Source: Octopus vulgaris (lineage: Eukaryota). Taken from it: a DNA stretch of 64,000 nucleotides. Positions 39,446 through 52,482 of the stretch are shown here, in pieces (positions within the stretch are counted from its first letter, which is position 1; each line of letters opens with the position of its first letter). The translations under genes and the position numbers were made by a program. Under the pieces are notes generated by a model. The model was not told where the DNA came from. It saw nothing but the letters and a program-made list of their open reading frames with translations, and made no database searches. The stretch is from positions 91,140,001-91,204,000 of the forward strand of contig OX597821.1 of assembly GCA_951406725.2 (NCBI GenBank), given 5' to 3'.

Positions 39446-40174
39446 ATATGTACACACACACATAAACACTCAACACACATAAATAGGTAAGATAACAATA
39501 AAATCAGTAAACAGTTATTTAACTGCGAAAATTTTCTTCAAATCATACCCTATCATCCTAAAAATGAAATGACAATTTGAAAATGTAATACTAGATACAC
39601 AATGACGAAAAAAAAATAAATAAATAAGCACGGGATATAGTCATTGGCAGAATGTATACCATCATATTCTCATCGGTTCAGAATTGAAATGAAGCTAAAA
39701 CTGAGGAGACTGATGACAAGAATATCAATTACGGTGATAACAACAACAGCAATGAAATTTGTATGTTCTGAAAATATATGTACTTACAAATATTAATACA
39801 TATGCATTTAACCATCTGTCTACCTATCCATACCTGTATACATACATTGATAAGTGTACTGTTTTATTATCGGTGGAATTAAAAGAAGAGTGCTCCATTC
39901 ACAAAGAGATAAAAATCAAGTAAACACAGGATTTAAATGTGAACTACTGTAAGTTTCAGGCGCTGATAGCACAGTAGCTGGATGAACTTCTATAGTGCGT
40001 CACGTGCTATCGCTATCATGCAACCTTTCAGATTCTACATGATAGTACACGTCACACTATGCAAACTTCTTCGTCTATTGTGTTGTCAGAGTGTGAATCT
40101 TACAGTCGTTTACATTTCAATTTTGTGCTTATTAAATTATGTATACATACATACACACACGCACAAACACACAT

Positions 40175-40231
<57 letters not shown>

Positions 40232-40233
40232 TA

Positions 40234-40281
<48 letters not shown>

Positions 40282-40791
40282 CGTATATCTATGAAAGTAA
40301 GTATATATGTATGTATATGTATATATATTTGCCATTTTCCAGTCTTTTGCTTTCTTCTATTTTATTTGTTTCTAAATGGGAACCATAATTGAAGTTGCTG
40401 TTTAATTTATGTCTTATTATACTTTACATTTTTCTCCTATGTTCATAACATTTAACAGAATTTCATCGAAGTACAGAACACAGAGAACACAGAATTGTTC
40501 CAAATTCACAATGCTTTGTCACACTATTACAATTTTATTCTGAATCTATTATCAAGTGTATTGCCTTGGAAATTTTCAATTAAATCTATTATTCTATTTA
40601 TTAGTATTATTAGTATTATTATAATTTTTGCTGTTATTGTTAATGTTGTTGTTTTAGTGCATGTTTTGAGCTTGACTCCTATTCATTTGAAAATTCTGAA
40701 TGTCTGAACGCTGATTAGCTGAGTAAGTGACAAAGTTTTGCTGTTATACGTTTTGTCATATATATATGTATATGTGTGTGTGTGTATATGC

Positions 40792-40823
<32 letters not shown>

Positions 40824-40936
40824 GTGTGTGTGTATGTGTGTTGTGTGTGTATATATATATGAACTTAATACGTATATACATATGTATGTTAATATATAGA
40901 GATTCATATATTAATATGTATATATATATATATGTA

Positions 40937-40975
<39 letters not shown>

Positions 40976-42431
40976 CATACGTCTTTATGTGTATTTGTTA
41001 AAGTTTATTTATATTTTACTTGTGTTTTGTTCTTCATTAATTTTATTGTTATTCGGCGATGAAATAAGTTGAGAAAACTAGCATGACTTTGTATGAGTTT
41101 AAGTTTATTTTTTCACTGTTTATTTATGCTCTGATAATTTTTCGTTTTCATTTTTTATTATGAATATTTTAGCAAAATAAAGAAAGCTTTTTATAAAACA
41201 CACTTTAAACACATTTGAAGCAATTTGCTCAATGATACAATAAAATGTGACAGATATCCTAGCTCTCTCCATCTATAGGCATCAATGCAGCCTAATGTGG
41301 AGAGAACAAATAATATTGGAAGCTATAATGTTATGCATGGAGATCCAATAATAAGCAAACAATGCTCAGGAAATAAAAGTTAAAATAAAAGTAAAATGTG
41401 AATTAAAAGAAAGAATAAATGAATAAATAAATATAGAAAATAAAACCTATTATTCAGTAAACACCTTTGGTAATAATGGAAAACCATCAAGTTTTAAGTT
41501 TTATTTTATTCACAGCATTATAATATTCCATATATGTTTATATGTACATAGACATGCATACACACACACAAACACAGACGCACATATATATATAGATATA
41601 TATATATACATATGTATATGTATATACATATATATAGATATATATATACATATATATATATGTATATATGTACATATATATATATATACATATATATATA
41701 CATATATTATACATATATATGTACATATACACATGTATATATGCACATATATGCATATATAAGTATTTATAAATATATGTACATATATTTGTTTATGAGT
41801 GTGTGTATATGATCATGCATGTATGTATGTATATATGTATTAAATTTCAAAAATAATTTATGTGCCTACATGTATGCACACATTCACACACGTATAAGTG
41901 GCTGCTTACTAATAAATATATAATATTATGCAGACAAATAGCACCCTGGCACATACACATATACATATGGATGGTCACACATACACACACACATAGATGT
42001 ACATACATGCATGAGCATATATATGTGTGCGTGTTTTTCTGAATAGAAATATATGCATACATATTTTCCATTTCACTTTTGCATACATTTATATACAAAC
42101 AGATACATGTATATATAGATATGATATTTGAAAGCAGTATTTTTATGTTTCACAACAAAATGACAATAAAACTTTTATAGTTGACAATTTAGTAGTAAAC
42201 ACATTAGAATAAATAGTGAATAGGAAATATCTGAGAATAAAGATTGAAGTTAGGATGGCTATAATTTATAGCCCTGACCCTTATTACTACCATAACTGTG
42301 AACAAGAGAAGCAATCATTATATGTGTAATATACAATGAATTTGTTCCTTGTATGCATCATATAAATTATATATGTATATATATGAATACATATAGATAT
42401 ACATACTTGTATACAAATATTTATATATACA

Positions 42432-42508
<77 letters not shown>

Positions 42509-43726
42509 GTTCATGCATAAATACATGCTTGCACACATGAATATTCGTATATGATTCCTTTTATTATCCAAGGATTAATTTGTATGTTCAGATCAACACA
42601 AAGAATAGAACCAAGCAATAATAATATGAGGGGGTAAAACATAACAATCAACATATATTAGAATCGCAAGGTTTAAAACTCCATTTCACCAAGGCTCATT
42701 TTACAACTGTTTGACAGCGATATCAATCTGGCCATCAATAAAATACTGGGTTTATCAAATGTATGACGAAATGGAATTTGTAATTGAAAGGAAATAATAA
42801 AATGAGATACAGATGTTTTGAATTTATATTCTGTTTTGAAAGAAAGCAACAAAGGTTTGATCGTACAGTAAACACATGTATTTTTTTTTTTTATTTATGC
42901 TGTTGTTATTTAACCTAAAAGTCAAGTTATCTGAGCAGTACTGGGATCAAATAATTTCTTGTCACAACGAACTTTTCTTTTTGTTCAGACATGACTACAT
43001 TATACAGTGTGTCCATCCATTATTATTTGATAGTGTTTGCTTAAGAGTAAATTCAGTTCTTGTTTCTTGCAAGCTCAAGAGCATGTAGAGGTTTTATCTT
43101 GACTGGTATGCTTTGTATATTTATAGTATACCTAAGATATATGATGGATCATAAAGTATGTGTAGATTTTCATATGCACATAATATATATGTGTATGTAT
43201 CTTTATACACGCATACAATCTTATGTATGCATAATATATATAACTATATAGATATAATAGATATATACACACAAAATTTATGCATATGCATTATTAATAT
43301 TTTATATACAATTAACATGTAATGGAAAATTCAGGATGGTATTAAGGCAGACTACAGTTAATAATGCTTACACTTGAAAATAACAAAGAATATTTTTTTC
43401 CTTTTCTCACATAGGAAAATAAAGAGATTACCCTGACATTTTTTATGTCTTGTTGGCAAATCTGACTGGCAGCCATTCATTCTTCTTATGAAGAAGCTTG
43501 TTAGTTCTCTAAAGTTTGGCTAATCACTGGCGAATTATGTTTGGGTAATCTCCTTATTTCTCTCTTTCCAAAGCAAATAATAACATTTAGTCACATCTGT
43601 TTACTTTCAAAACAATACGCCATTACAAACTGGTGTAGCTAAATTATACACACACACACACACACGTTTACATGTATGTATGTATGCATGCATGTATGTA
43701 TGTATGTATGTATGCATGTATGTATG

Positions 43727-43764
<38 letters not shown>

Positions 43765-44204
43765 TGCATGCATAATATATGTTTATAAGCTCTCTCACTG
43801 AGTGCAAAATACCAGCTTCGTGATGTAGAAGAAAGCAAAGCTAAACAAAGCAAGCATCCAGTATCAACCAGCGGCATTCCTAAACCCTCGTGTATATCCA
43901 CATGGAACCGATTCATTCGCAACGACTCTGGAATATACTGGATGATTAACCACAATAATAATATGTGAAGGAATTAATGAAGTCTCACCTTACCAATTAC
44001 ATCTTATGCAAAAATAACAAAACGCTATGCTTCTTCACGTCAAACTCTTGAAGACAATCTAGCCACTGTAAAGCACGGACTCTAGATGCTCACCAAAAAG
44101 CTTCGTTATCATGGGAAAGATTTTGAGTGAAGCAGTATAAATCACAAGTTTGCTTCAAATCAACGAATATCTTTTTATACCGGGACATGAGGAAGAAAAA
44201 CATT

Positions 44205-44438
44205 ACCTATTTCTTTATTACCCACAAGGGGCTAAACATAGAGGGAACAAACAAGGCCAAACATAGGTATTATGTCGATTACATCGACCCCAGTGCGTAA
44301 CTGGTACTTGTTTAATCGACCCCGAAAGGATGAAAGGCAAAGTCGACCTCGGCGGAATTTGAACTCAGAATGTAGCGGCAGACGAAATACTGCTGAGCAT
44401 TTCGCCTGGTGTGCTAACGATTCTGCCAGCTCGCCGTT
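44205..44438 (-). mobile_element. SINE family B
   Basis: Reverse complement of 30318-30547. Confidence 0.88.
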
Positions 44439-45919
44439 AAGAAAGCCTTCTCTCAGGACGATCTGAGATTATTCTGGTCTAAGGTTTGAAATGATAAGAA
44501 AGATTTCAATCGACATGTACAATGGATAACCATTTAGAATACTCTTAGAACATCTACTACAAATCATGCATTCAGCCCCGAAACATTCACCACAGCCGTA
44601 GGCAAACTATAAATGGGAAACTGCACTAAAAAAATAGGAAGCTGGATACTAGTACAAGATTCTGAACTTCTCTAGAAAGCCATTAGTATGTATATTCAAA
44701 AGATTGACATAATTGGCTTAGTATAGCACAGATGAAATTTATAGCCAAGAATGAAACCATTTAATTGATAGAAAACCATAAACCCATTGTGCACAAGACA
44801 AGCTTAACCCGAACTGTCTCAGTCCATTTCTCCCAGATCATTTTGGATCCTAAACCAAAGTGACTGATATGCAGACTGAACGCACAAATTTTTAGTAAAC
44901 AAAACTGTACTGTAGGAAGTAAGAAAACACCACACAGCCTTTTGACAGTATGATTTGATTAAAGAACAGCACTCGAAATTATCCCCTTTCATGGTTGCTG
45001 AATTCTCTTCACTTTAGTTTTGCCACTGAAAGACTCACAAAGATCTAAACAGCAATTCTTGAAATTACAAATGAAAGCGAAACGACGCTTCCGATGTTAT
45101 AGATATAATCTTTCTGTTCTTCTCTTCATTTTCACATTAAATCAGTCATTCGTTTTACAAAAATCCATTAGTTACAGGCTACGATCTGTAACCCATAATT
45201 TCTTTGTGGATGACCAGAAAATCTATGCTAAAAATATTTACACAATTGTAAAATAGCTGGAGATAATAACAACAATTGCAGCTGAATGAAATTCTGGTCA
45301 AAAGAAGTTTCATATTTTGGTTGTAAACGTGAAAATTTAGTCCCCCAAACCGAATATCAGTGATAGAGCTGTCTCCTTGTATTTTCTACTCCATACAACG
45401 AAGGTGCTGTGAATGAAAATAAAGTGAAAGAGAATATTCCACAAGAGTTTTAAAATCTGGCAACTGGAGCTTTACTCTTACACCTAGACAATATAGCACA
45501 ATGCATTTGCAGTAACAGAACTAAGAGCAATGTTTAGGATAATTGACTGCTCTGTAGAGAAAAGATCCTGTCATCAGCTAGAAACTTCCACTTAAACATC
45601 GATAGCGACAATCTCAACCAAACAAGAGACGAGGTGGGTAGAGGCTTGAGATCAGTGCAGACAGACCTCCAGCATAGTATAGTAGCTCTCGCTAAGTAAC
45701 CACTAAACGACAGCAGAAAGCATAAATATATCAAGATACTGTTGAACAGGAAAGAGAACAAACTTCTACGAGACGGCAGAGAGTTCAGTTGGGTGTACTC
45801 TTTCTTGAAGTTCTCGCACAAAATCCCAAAACAACTGGACTAACATGCCTAAAAGAAAACATACCAAAAATAGAGGATGGATCGGTATGTTACCCCAAAA
45901 CTTGAAGATGGCATTAATA

Positions 45920-46155
45920 TCTGTTTCTTTATTGCCCACGAGGGGCTAAACATAGAGGGGACAAACAAGGACAGACAAACGGATTAAGTCGATTACATCG
46001 ACCCCAGTGCGTAACTGGTACTTAATTTATCGACCCCGAAAGGATGAAAGGCAAAGTCGACCTCGGCGGAATTTGAACTCAGAACGCAACGACAGACGCA
46101 ATACCGCTAAGCATTTCGCCCGGTGTGCTAATGATTCTGCCAGCTCGTCGCCTTT
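45920..46155 (-). mobile_element. SINE family B
   Basis: Reverse complement of 30318-30547; flanked by a TTAATATC duplication. Confidence 0.88.
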
Positions 46156-46897
46156 AATATCAACATGAATGTAGCCTTTCCTGAACTCGCAACTTCTACA
46201 TCATGCAACTTCTACGAAACCTTCGAAGATTTTGCGTTTGCAGTCGAAGAGCAGATGTAAAGAAAATAGTTAAACAAGAAAGATAGTGAAGCCGTTGGGG
46301 CCCCAAGATGCCACCAAACATGTAGCTAACTCGTATTTCTTTGAAAAACATCACATATGCGATCAGTAGTTGCCGAAAATATCATCAAGATACAACCTCT
46401 TAATGTGACATGATGTTGTCCCAGAAACAATTTATGAAGCTATCTAAAAAAATGTATGTTACGAATAAATATAGGTAATACGCCCCTTATTGAGTAGAGA
46501 TACTCTCTCTCTCTTTTACTCTTTTACTTGTTACAGTCATTTGACTGCGGCCATGCTGGAGCACCGCCTTTAGTCGATCAAATCGACCCCGGGACTTATT
46601 TTTTGTAAGCCCAGTACTTATTCTATCGGTATCTTTTGCCGAACCGCTAAGTGACGGGGACGTAAACACACCAGCATCGGTTGTCAAGCAATGCTAGGGT
46701 GACAAACACAGACACATAAACACACACACACATACATATATATATATACATATATACGACAGGCTTCTTTCAGTTTCCGTCTACCAAATCCACTCACAAG
46801 GCATTGGTCAGCCCGAGGCTATAGTAGAAAACACTTGCCCAAGATGCCTCGCAGTGGGACTGAACCCGGAACCATGTGGTTGGTTAGCAAGCTACTT

Positions 46898-49151
46898 TAT
46901 TTCAAAACATTTGCCATAAAGGCAGTACACAGATTAAGTTAGCTTTGCGGGCTGGACGAGGACATTAATGAGGTGAATGATAATGAAAGAAAGATGATAA
47001 GGATGGGAGAAGACAAAAAGCGCCCGCCGAATTTCGCTTCTCTAAAACATTGTTCTTTTTAAAGATAAACACAAAACGAGGTATTAAACCTCTTACAATT
47101 TTTCCAATTTTTGGACTTAGCAGTCCATTATTAATACAAAACGAGGTATTAATCCTCTTACAATTTTTCAGTTTTTGGACTTAAGTCCATTACTAATAAT
47201 AACAGTTCAATAATTACATATCGTCCTCGAAATAGCTTGTGCCCGCGCCCTCCACCATCAACCACGCCTCCCTCAGAACGTAATCAAGTTCCGAATTGGC
47301 GTCGCCCGGGACCAAGTTATAATCTTCATTGAGCTCCTTTAGCCCAAGCGTCACGTCGAACGCCACGGCCTCCACAGCTACCTGCGGAGGCCATTCGGGG
47401 TCCTGTGTGAAGGCTAAAGGTGCTCCCTTGTAGTGCTCTTCCATCACTTTTTCAATTTCTCCTCCTCTATAGAAGAGGACCAATACGTTCAGTTCTTTCG
47501 TTGGCGGCACAGTTCCCGCCAACGGTATTCCTTCTCTTGTCGGTGGCACAACCCCAACCGACGTAGTTCCGGGACATTCCGGTGCTACACTGACAGCCGG
47601 TAATGTCCCGTTTTTCTTCCTCTTTTTCTTTTTTTTTTCCTTTTCAACTGAGGGAGGGTGCGTCTCCTCCGTGGCTGGAAGATTCGCCTTCCACTCCTCA
47701 TTCCTATTATCCTTTGGTGAGCACCCATTGTTGCTCACCTTCCTCTTTCGGCCTCTGTTTGAGGAGTCCTCTGCTTTCTCGGCCGTTATCGTTCCCTCTT
47801 CTAGAGGGGTTTTACTTAACTGTTCCGGGATCCTATTTTGTTCCCGAGGACAGTTCTTCTTTATGTGGCCGGACTCCAAGTACCGATGACACTTAGGGGG
47901 CGACCCTCAAGCATCACCGGGTACCTGCACCCGGCCATTTTCAAAAAATCTGGAAGAACCAGATTGGCTGATTGGGTCCACAGGGTCAAAATTGCTTTTG
48001 ACCCAACCCAAGCAGCCGCAGGAAGAACTTTTACATTGAGGAGCTTAGTTTCGCTGTCACCCAGACCCCGGCGGATAGTCTCCTCTATCCACTCGGGTTC
48101 TATGTCGGGTGGCAGTCCGCAAATCCAAGCTTTCATCAATTTCTTTTTGTTTGTACGTGGGCAGGAATAAGATTTCCTTACCCTCCAGGGGTTTGCTAGC
48201 AAATTTGCAAGCCTCTTCAGGGGTGTCAAATAGCAACCACACCGTTGCATATTTGACACCCCTGGAAATGAATTTAATTGTTGGCAAATACTCTTCCAAC
48301 TCCTTTTCAATTGCCGTCTTTTCGAATAGGGCGATGGTGTCGAGTGCCTTGGAGTAGGTTCTCAACACCACCGTCCTATCTTCACGGTCTTTTAACCACT
48401 TTTTAGGTGGTATGATTTCCCACTCCAAAATTTTGTTATTTTTCATTGCCATGTTTTTTTTTATATATATTCAAATTAAACTCAAAAAGCAGGAAGAAAA
48501 AAGTTCAAAAGTCCAAATAAAATTTGATAGATTTTTGAAAAAACAAAAAGGAGAAAGCACAAGAGAAGGGAAGAAATCAACGGAAAGTCGCAATAAAGAA
48601 AAAAAACAAAAGGGGGGGGTTAAATGAAGTTTAAAAGAAAGTTAATAAACAGAAAAACACAGCAAAAATATTCTGGCCTTGCGGTACTCCCGGCCTGGGT
48701 TGAACCTGGAACGCCGCAACTGCAACACAACCTCCACAAAAATGGGTCCGAAAGGTAGTCCAATAGTGGCTTATTTTTATAATTTTCTTGCGAAGTACTC
48801 TGACAAGGGAATAAATTCAACAAACCCAAACACAGCACTGGCTACCGCCAACGGTAATTTTAACAGTAACTGTATTGAATTCCGAGGATACGCCCCTCCA
48901 CTGTTTTTTCTTTTTTTTCAATGAACACAAAAACGGCAGCCGCCGAGAGCAGGCGAAATTGTCTCAGAGTTGGACATAACTTACTGAAATAATAATTGGC
49001 ACGCAATAAATTATGCCCAACTCACAATAAATAAAATCACTTACCTCGACAACTTTCCGTTTTTGGTCTTTTTTCTTTAATTGGACGGAGCTGGTTGACT
49101 CGCGTCCACTCTGGCTGAACAGGAAGCAACTGACTAACTGCGCATGTGTGT
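46898..49151 (-). mobile_element. ORF1-only (gag-like) non-autonomous Tx1/L1-like retroelement, 2254 bp
   Basis: 9-bp TSD AAGCTACTT at 46889-46897 and 49152-49160; about 700-nt 5' UTR; one frameshifted ORF; about 315-nt 3' UTR ending GAAATA(AA); no RT or endonuclease. Confidence 0.8.
47214..48452 (-). pseudogene. L1/Tx1-type ORF1 nucleic-acid-binding protein (RRM-like region plus CCHC zinc knuckle), two frameshifts
   Basis: Three ORF-track pieces join: MAMKNNK...ILFLPTY / KKLMKAWICGLPPDIEPEWI...YPVMLEGRP / KCHRYLESGHIKKNCP, then a Lys-rich tail ending YFEDDM*. The knuckle is C-x2-Y-x4-H-x4-C (second C mutated). Confidence 0.75.
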
Positions 49152-50540
49152 AAGCTACTTACCACACAGCCGCTCCTGCGCCTATATAAACATAAACACA
49201 AGAAATGTTGGTAAAATACACCCATCAAAACTTAGTAAGTGCAAACATAAAAAGCCGGGTGTAGTTTTTTTGGGAGGGACAAGAAAAAAATATCATACCG
49301 TACAGCCACAGAGGTCAGCCACCCAGATGATGTTAATAGCTCTTCATGAAGCAAAGAGAAAGAAGTACGGACAACTACTTCCCAACCTTCAGCTTTTACA
49401 CCCAGATTATAAATTCACATTTATACCCTTGATTGCGCAAGTAAATTCCTAAGTAAAAATCTGGACAGCTAGGGTTTTCAGAACAAGCGGAACAGTAAAA
49501 TATATGCAAGAGTTTTCAACATGTGACTTTGTCTTTGTTATCAACATTCCTTGCGAAGGTGCTTTGTACCTTTGTTAGAAATCATTTCTGTCTTTACAGA
49601 AAGAATTCAAATATTTAGAAATAAAAGAAAACATTCATAAACACATACATATGTACATACACATACACATATACATATCTGCACACATGCACACATACAT
49701 ATATACATATTTGTATACATGCATAATTGTAGCAATAAGAAATTGCTTGCAGTTTACGGGCTTTGATTGTATTGTTGAACAGCAATGCATATGCGGCGGT
49801 AATAACTGATAGACAATGCAACAATTTTGTCTACAAATTTATTCCTACTATATGTAGCTTAAGAAATCTGTTGCTAGGGCCCTGATATGCTTTTTAGGAT
49901 AGTGCCAAACATTTTAAAGTGGAATGCACGTTTTTGAAGGGTACTTGTCACGTTCATTTCTAATTGGTTCAAGATGCTGAGCGTTCATGGTCAAGGCTTC
50001 TGTGAGAAGGGTTTATGAAGTACAGCTGTGCGGAGCACAAAGAGACCAAGAGAAACCATTGTCCATCAGCTGGACCCCTCCCTAAATCTCAGCACTCATC
50101 AAGTTTGAGAAGGCTGCTTACCGCTTTATCAGAGCATAAAAGCTGTTTTAATTTGTTTCGTCACGACTTACCAGATGCTTCGTGGAGGATCTGTTCAGGA
50201 TGAGCAAAGGTCAGCAAAAGGACTGAAAACATAGGGGGTGAGAATATTCATGAATTTGTCCATAAGTACTGTCGCTGAACAATCTATCACTTCTGTAACG
50301 TGAGTGGAATCACATGTGGAAGCTCAACGAAATCTTGAAAATCCATTGTGTTGCTACGAGGCTTGTTTTTGACTCTTGTTTTTCAATCAAAACAAGCAGC
50401 ATCATGGGATGCAGTTTAAGTCTATGGAAAGGAAGGCAAACGAGCACCTAAACTTATGTACCAAATTACTGGGTCACATTCTTTACTTTTCCTCCTCCAG
50501 GATCTTTCTAATGTTTATACACAACTTCGTATATATTATA

Positions 50541-50919
50541 CTAGCAGTATCGCCCGGCGTTGCTCGGGTTGGTAAGGGAAATAACTATATAAGCATTTTT
50601 AGAGATATAAAGTATAATAGCCATCTCAATATGGCTAACCACAAAGGGGGGTGTTACTGTAGCTTTTTACGTTCTGAGATTTAATAATAAATTTTTAGAG
50701 AGTTACTTCCCTTATATATGCCAAAAATGCATTCAAATGGGAAAAATTGATGGTAATTTTTTTTTAAATCGTAGACGCGCGCTAATACCCAGAAGGACTC
50801 GATATGAATCACGACTATAAGATACCCGGTTTTGGTTAAACTGCGCCGCAAAATGTGGGAGTAGTTAGGAAACTAAATCGTAGGAGACAGACACACAACC
50901 TCATTTTTATATATAAAGA
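50541..50919 (-). mobile_element. Non-autonomous Helitron
   Basis: Minus strand begins TC (TCTTTATATATAAAAATG) and ends CCCGAGCAACGCCGGG hairpin + 8 nt + CTAG; inserted between A and T with no TSD. Confidence 0.85.
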
Positions 50920-51532
50920 TTTACTAATTGCTGCTTTTCCTTAAGTTAATATTGATGAAAGAGGACTATGATGAAAGTTGTCCTTTACCACTTTTAACAG
51001 TGTTTTCGACTACAATTTGAACATTTCCTTTATTTTTTAGGGCGGTAGCAGCGAATTATGAGAGAGAGAAGGCTGCTACTTGTTACAATTTATGTAGCTT
51101 TATAGACACCTCCTTCATTGGCCCAGCATACACAACTAACTTTAAAAGCCTAACAAATGCTATATTTCTTCACATTGATAATATTTGAGAAGTGACGCTA
51201 TACAATTATAGCTAACAATAACAATGAAGAGCAAGAAAATTCCTGACCCTGTTAAGTGAACATTCCTCAACCATACAGAAATACCACAAGTCTTATTACA
51301 TTTGCATTGCCTTGTATGAAAGACACACCAAATAACCTCTTGTTGAATAACCTCTTATTGAAAAGAGTTTTCGGCTGACGTAATCAAGGGAACTAGAGCT
51401 AATCTTGCTTTCCTTCATATTAAAGAACTAGAAAACAGATTCTCTTCGACAAAATGTTACAGCTGGTGTTGTCGCACATTTGCCGACCCATTGTAAATGT
51501 TATACACACCTTTTTAATTTTTTTTATTTATA

Positions 51533-51828
51533 CGCCCATTTCAAGCCTAGCCAAGCTCATGGGCCCGGTTTCCCGGTTTCTGTGGCATATGTGTTCCTCC
51601 CAGCTGGATGGAACGCCATTCCATCGCAGCGTTACTCAAGAAACAGGGAGAGTGAGAGAAAGTTGGGCGAAAGAGTACAACAGTGGTTACCACCACACCC
51701 TGCCGGAGACTCGCGGAGCTTTTAGGAGTTTTCGCTCAATAAACACACAAACGCCGGGTCTGGGAATCGAAACCGCGATCCTCTGACCGCGAGTCCGATG
51801 CCCTAACCACCGGGCCATTGCGCCTCTA
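51533..51828 (-). mobile_element. SINE with family C head and an alternative 3' tail
   Basis: 51650-51828 matches the family C 5' half; 51533-51645 is unrelated to the family C tail. Confidence 0.8.
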
Positions 51829-52232
51829 CGTTATACTCACTAGTATATATAAAGAGTAAAGACTTCCCTTCGGTCACGAATGACCATGGAATTGCACCTA
51901 GTAAGTTCCTCTCCAAAGCATAAATCCAATCACGGCTGTCTGTGAAAGGTCAGCTGTCACCCATGCATGCCAATCTGCTCTCTCCACGCCTATGTTGTCT
52001 GAAGGAAAGATAAAGTATAGGCACCCTGAAGTGTTTAGGCATAACCGAACTTTAAGATAGTTACAATATACACAAATTGCAATTATATTGTATGAGTATA
52101 TGTGTGCGTGTGCCACTGCATCAATGCCCATACTAACACGTGTTTGACCAATGAAAATAAGCTATAGAAATATGCAGCAACTCAAAGATTGCACGACAGT
52201 TGAGTTGCAAACAGTATTGTTCCCATCATTAT

Positions 52233-52482
52233 AAGGCGGCGAGCTGGCAGAAACGTTAGTACGCTGGGCGAAATCCGTAGCCGTATTTCGCCTGCCGTAT
52301 TTCGCCTGCCGTTACGTTCTGAGTTCAAATTCCGCCGAGGTCGACTTTGCCTTGCATCCTTTCGGGGTCGATAAATTAAGTACCAGTTACGCACTGGGGT
52401 CGATGTAATCAAACTTAATCCGTCTGTCTGTCCTTGTTTGTCCCCTCTGCGTTTAGCCCCTTGTGGGTAGTAAAGAAATAGG
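52233..52482 (+). mobile_element. SINE family B, full length
   Basis: TSD GTATTGTTC(C/T)CATCA at 52214-52228 and 52482-52496; internal 14-bp tandem duplication CCGTATTTCGCCTG. Confidence 0.9.

Larger units (their letters stand above)
46503..49183 (-). mobile_element. SINE family A split in two (46503-46897 and 49152-49183)
   Basis: The body ends ...GGTTAGCAAGCTACTT at 46897. The missing head resumes as AAGCTACTTACCACACAGCCGCTCCTGCGCCT at 49152. Confidence 0.92.
43790..49500 (+). mobile_element. Heavily decayed R4/Dong-like (restriction-like endonuclease) non-LTR retrotransposon, split by later insertions
   Basis: Colinear remnants: TKKLRYH...INHKFASNQRISFY (about 44090-44180); LSVLLFIFTLN...VTHNFFVDDQKIYAKN (RT core, 45110-45240); FHLNIDSDNLNQTRDEVGRGLRSV (about 45585-45660); ETFEDFAFAVEEQ (about 46217-46255); HKKPGVV and KRKKYGQLLPNLQLLHPDYKFTFIPLI (endonuclease region, 49245-49435). 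Confidence 0.75.

Noticed and set aside
50090-50500. Possible third, very old mariner fragment (GSVQDEQRS resembles the DxxRSGRP motif)
   Set aside because: Only one weak motif and no TIRs recognised.
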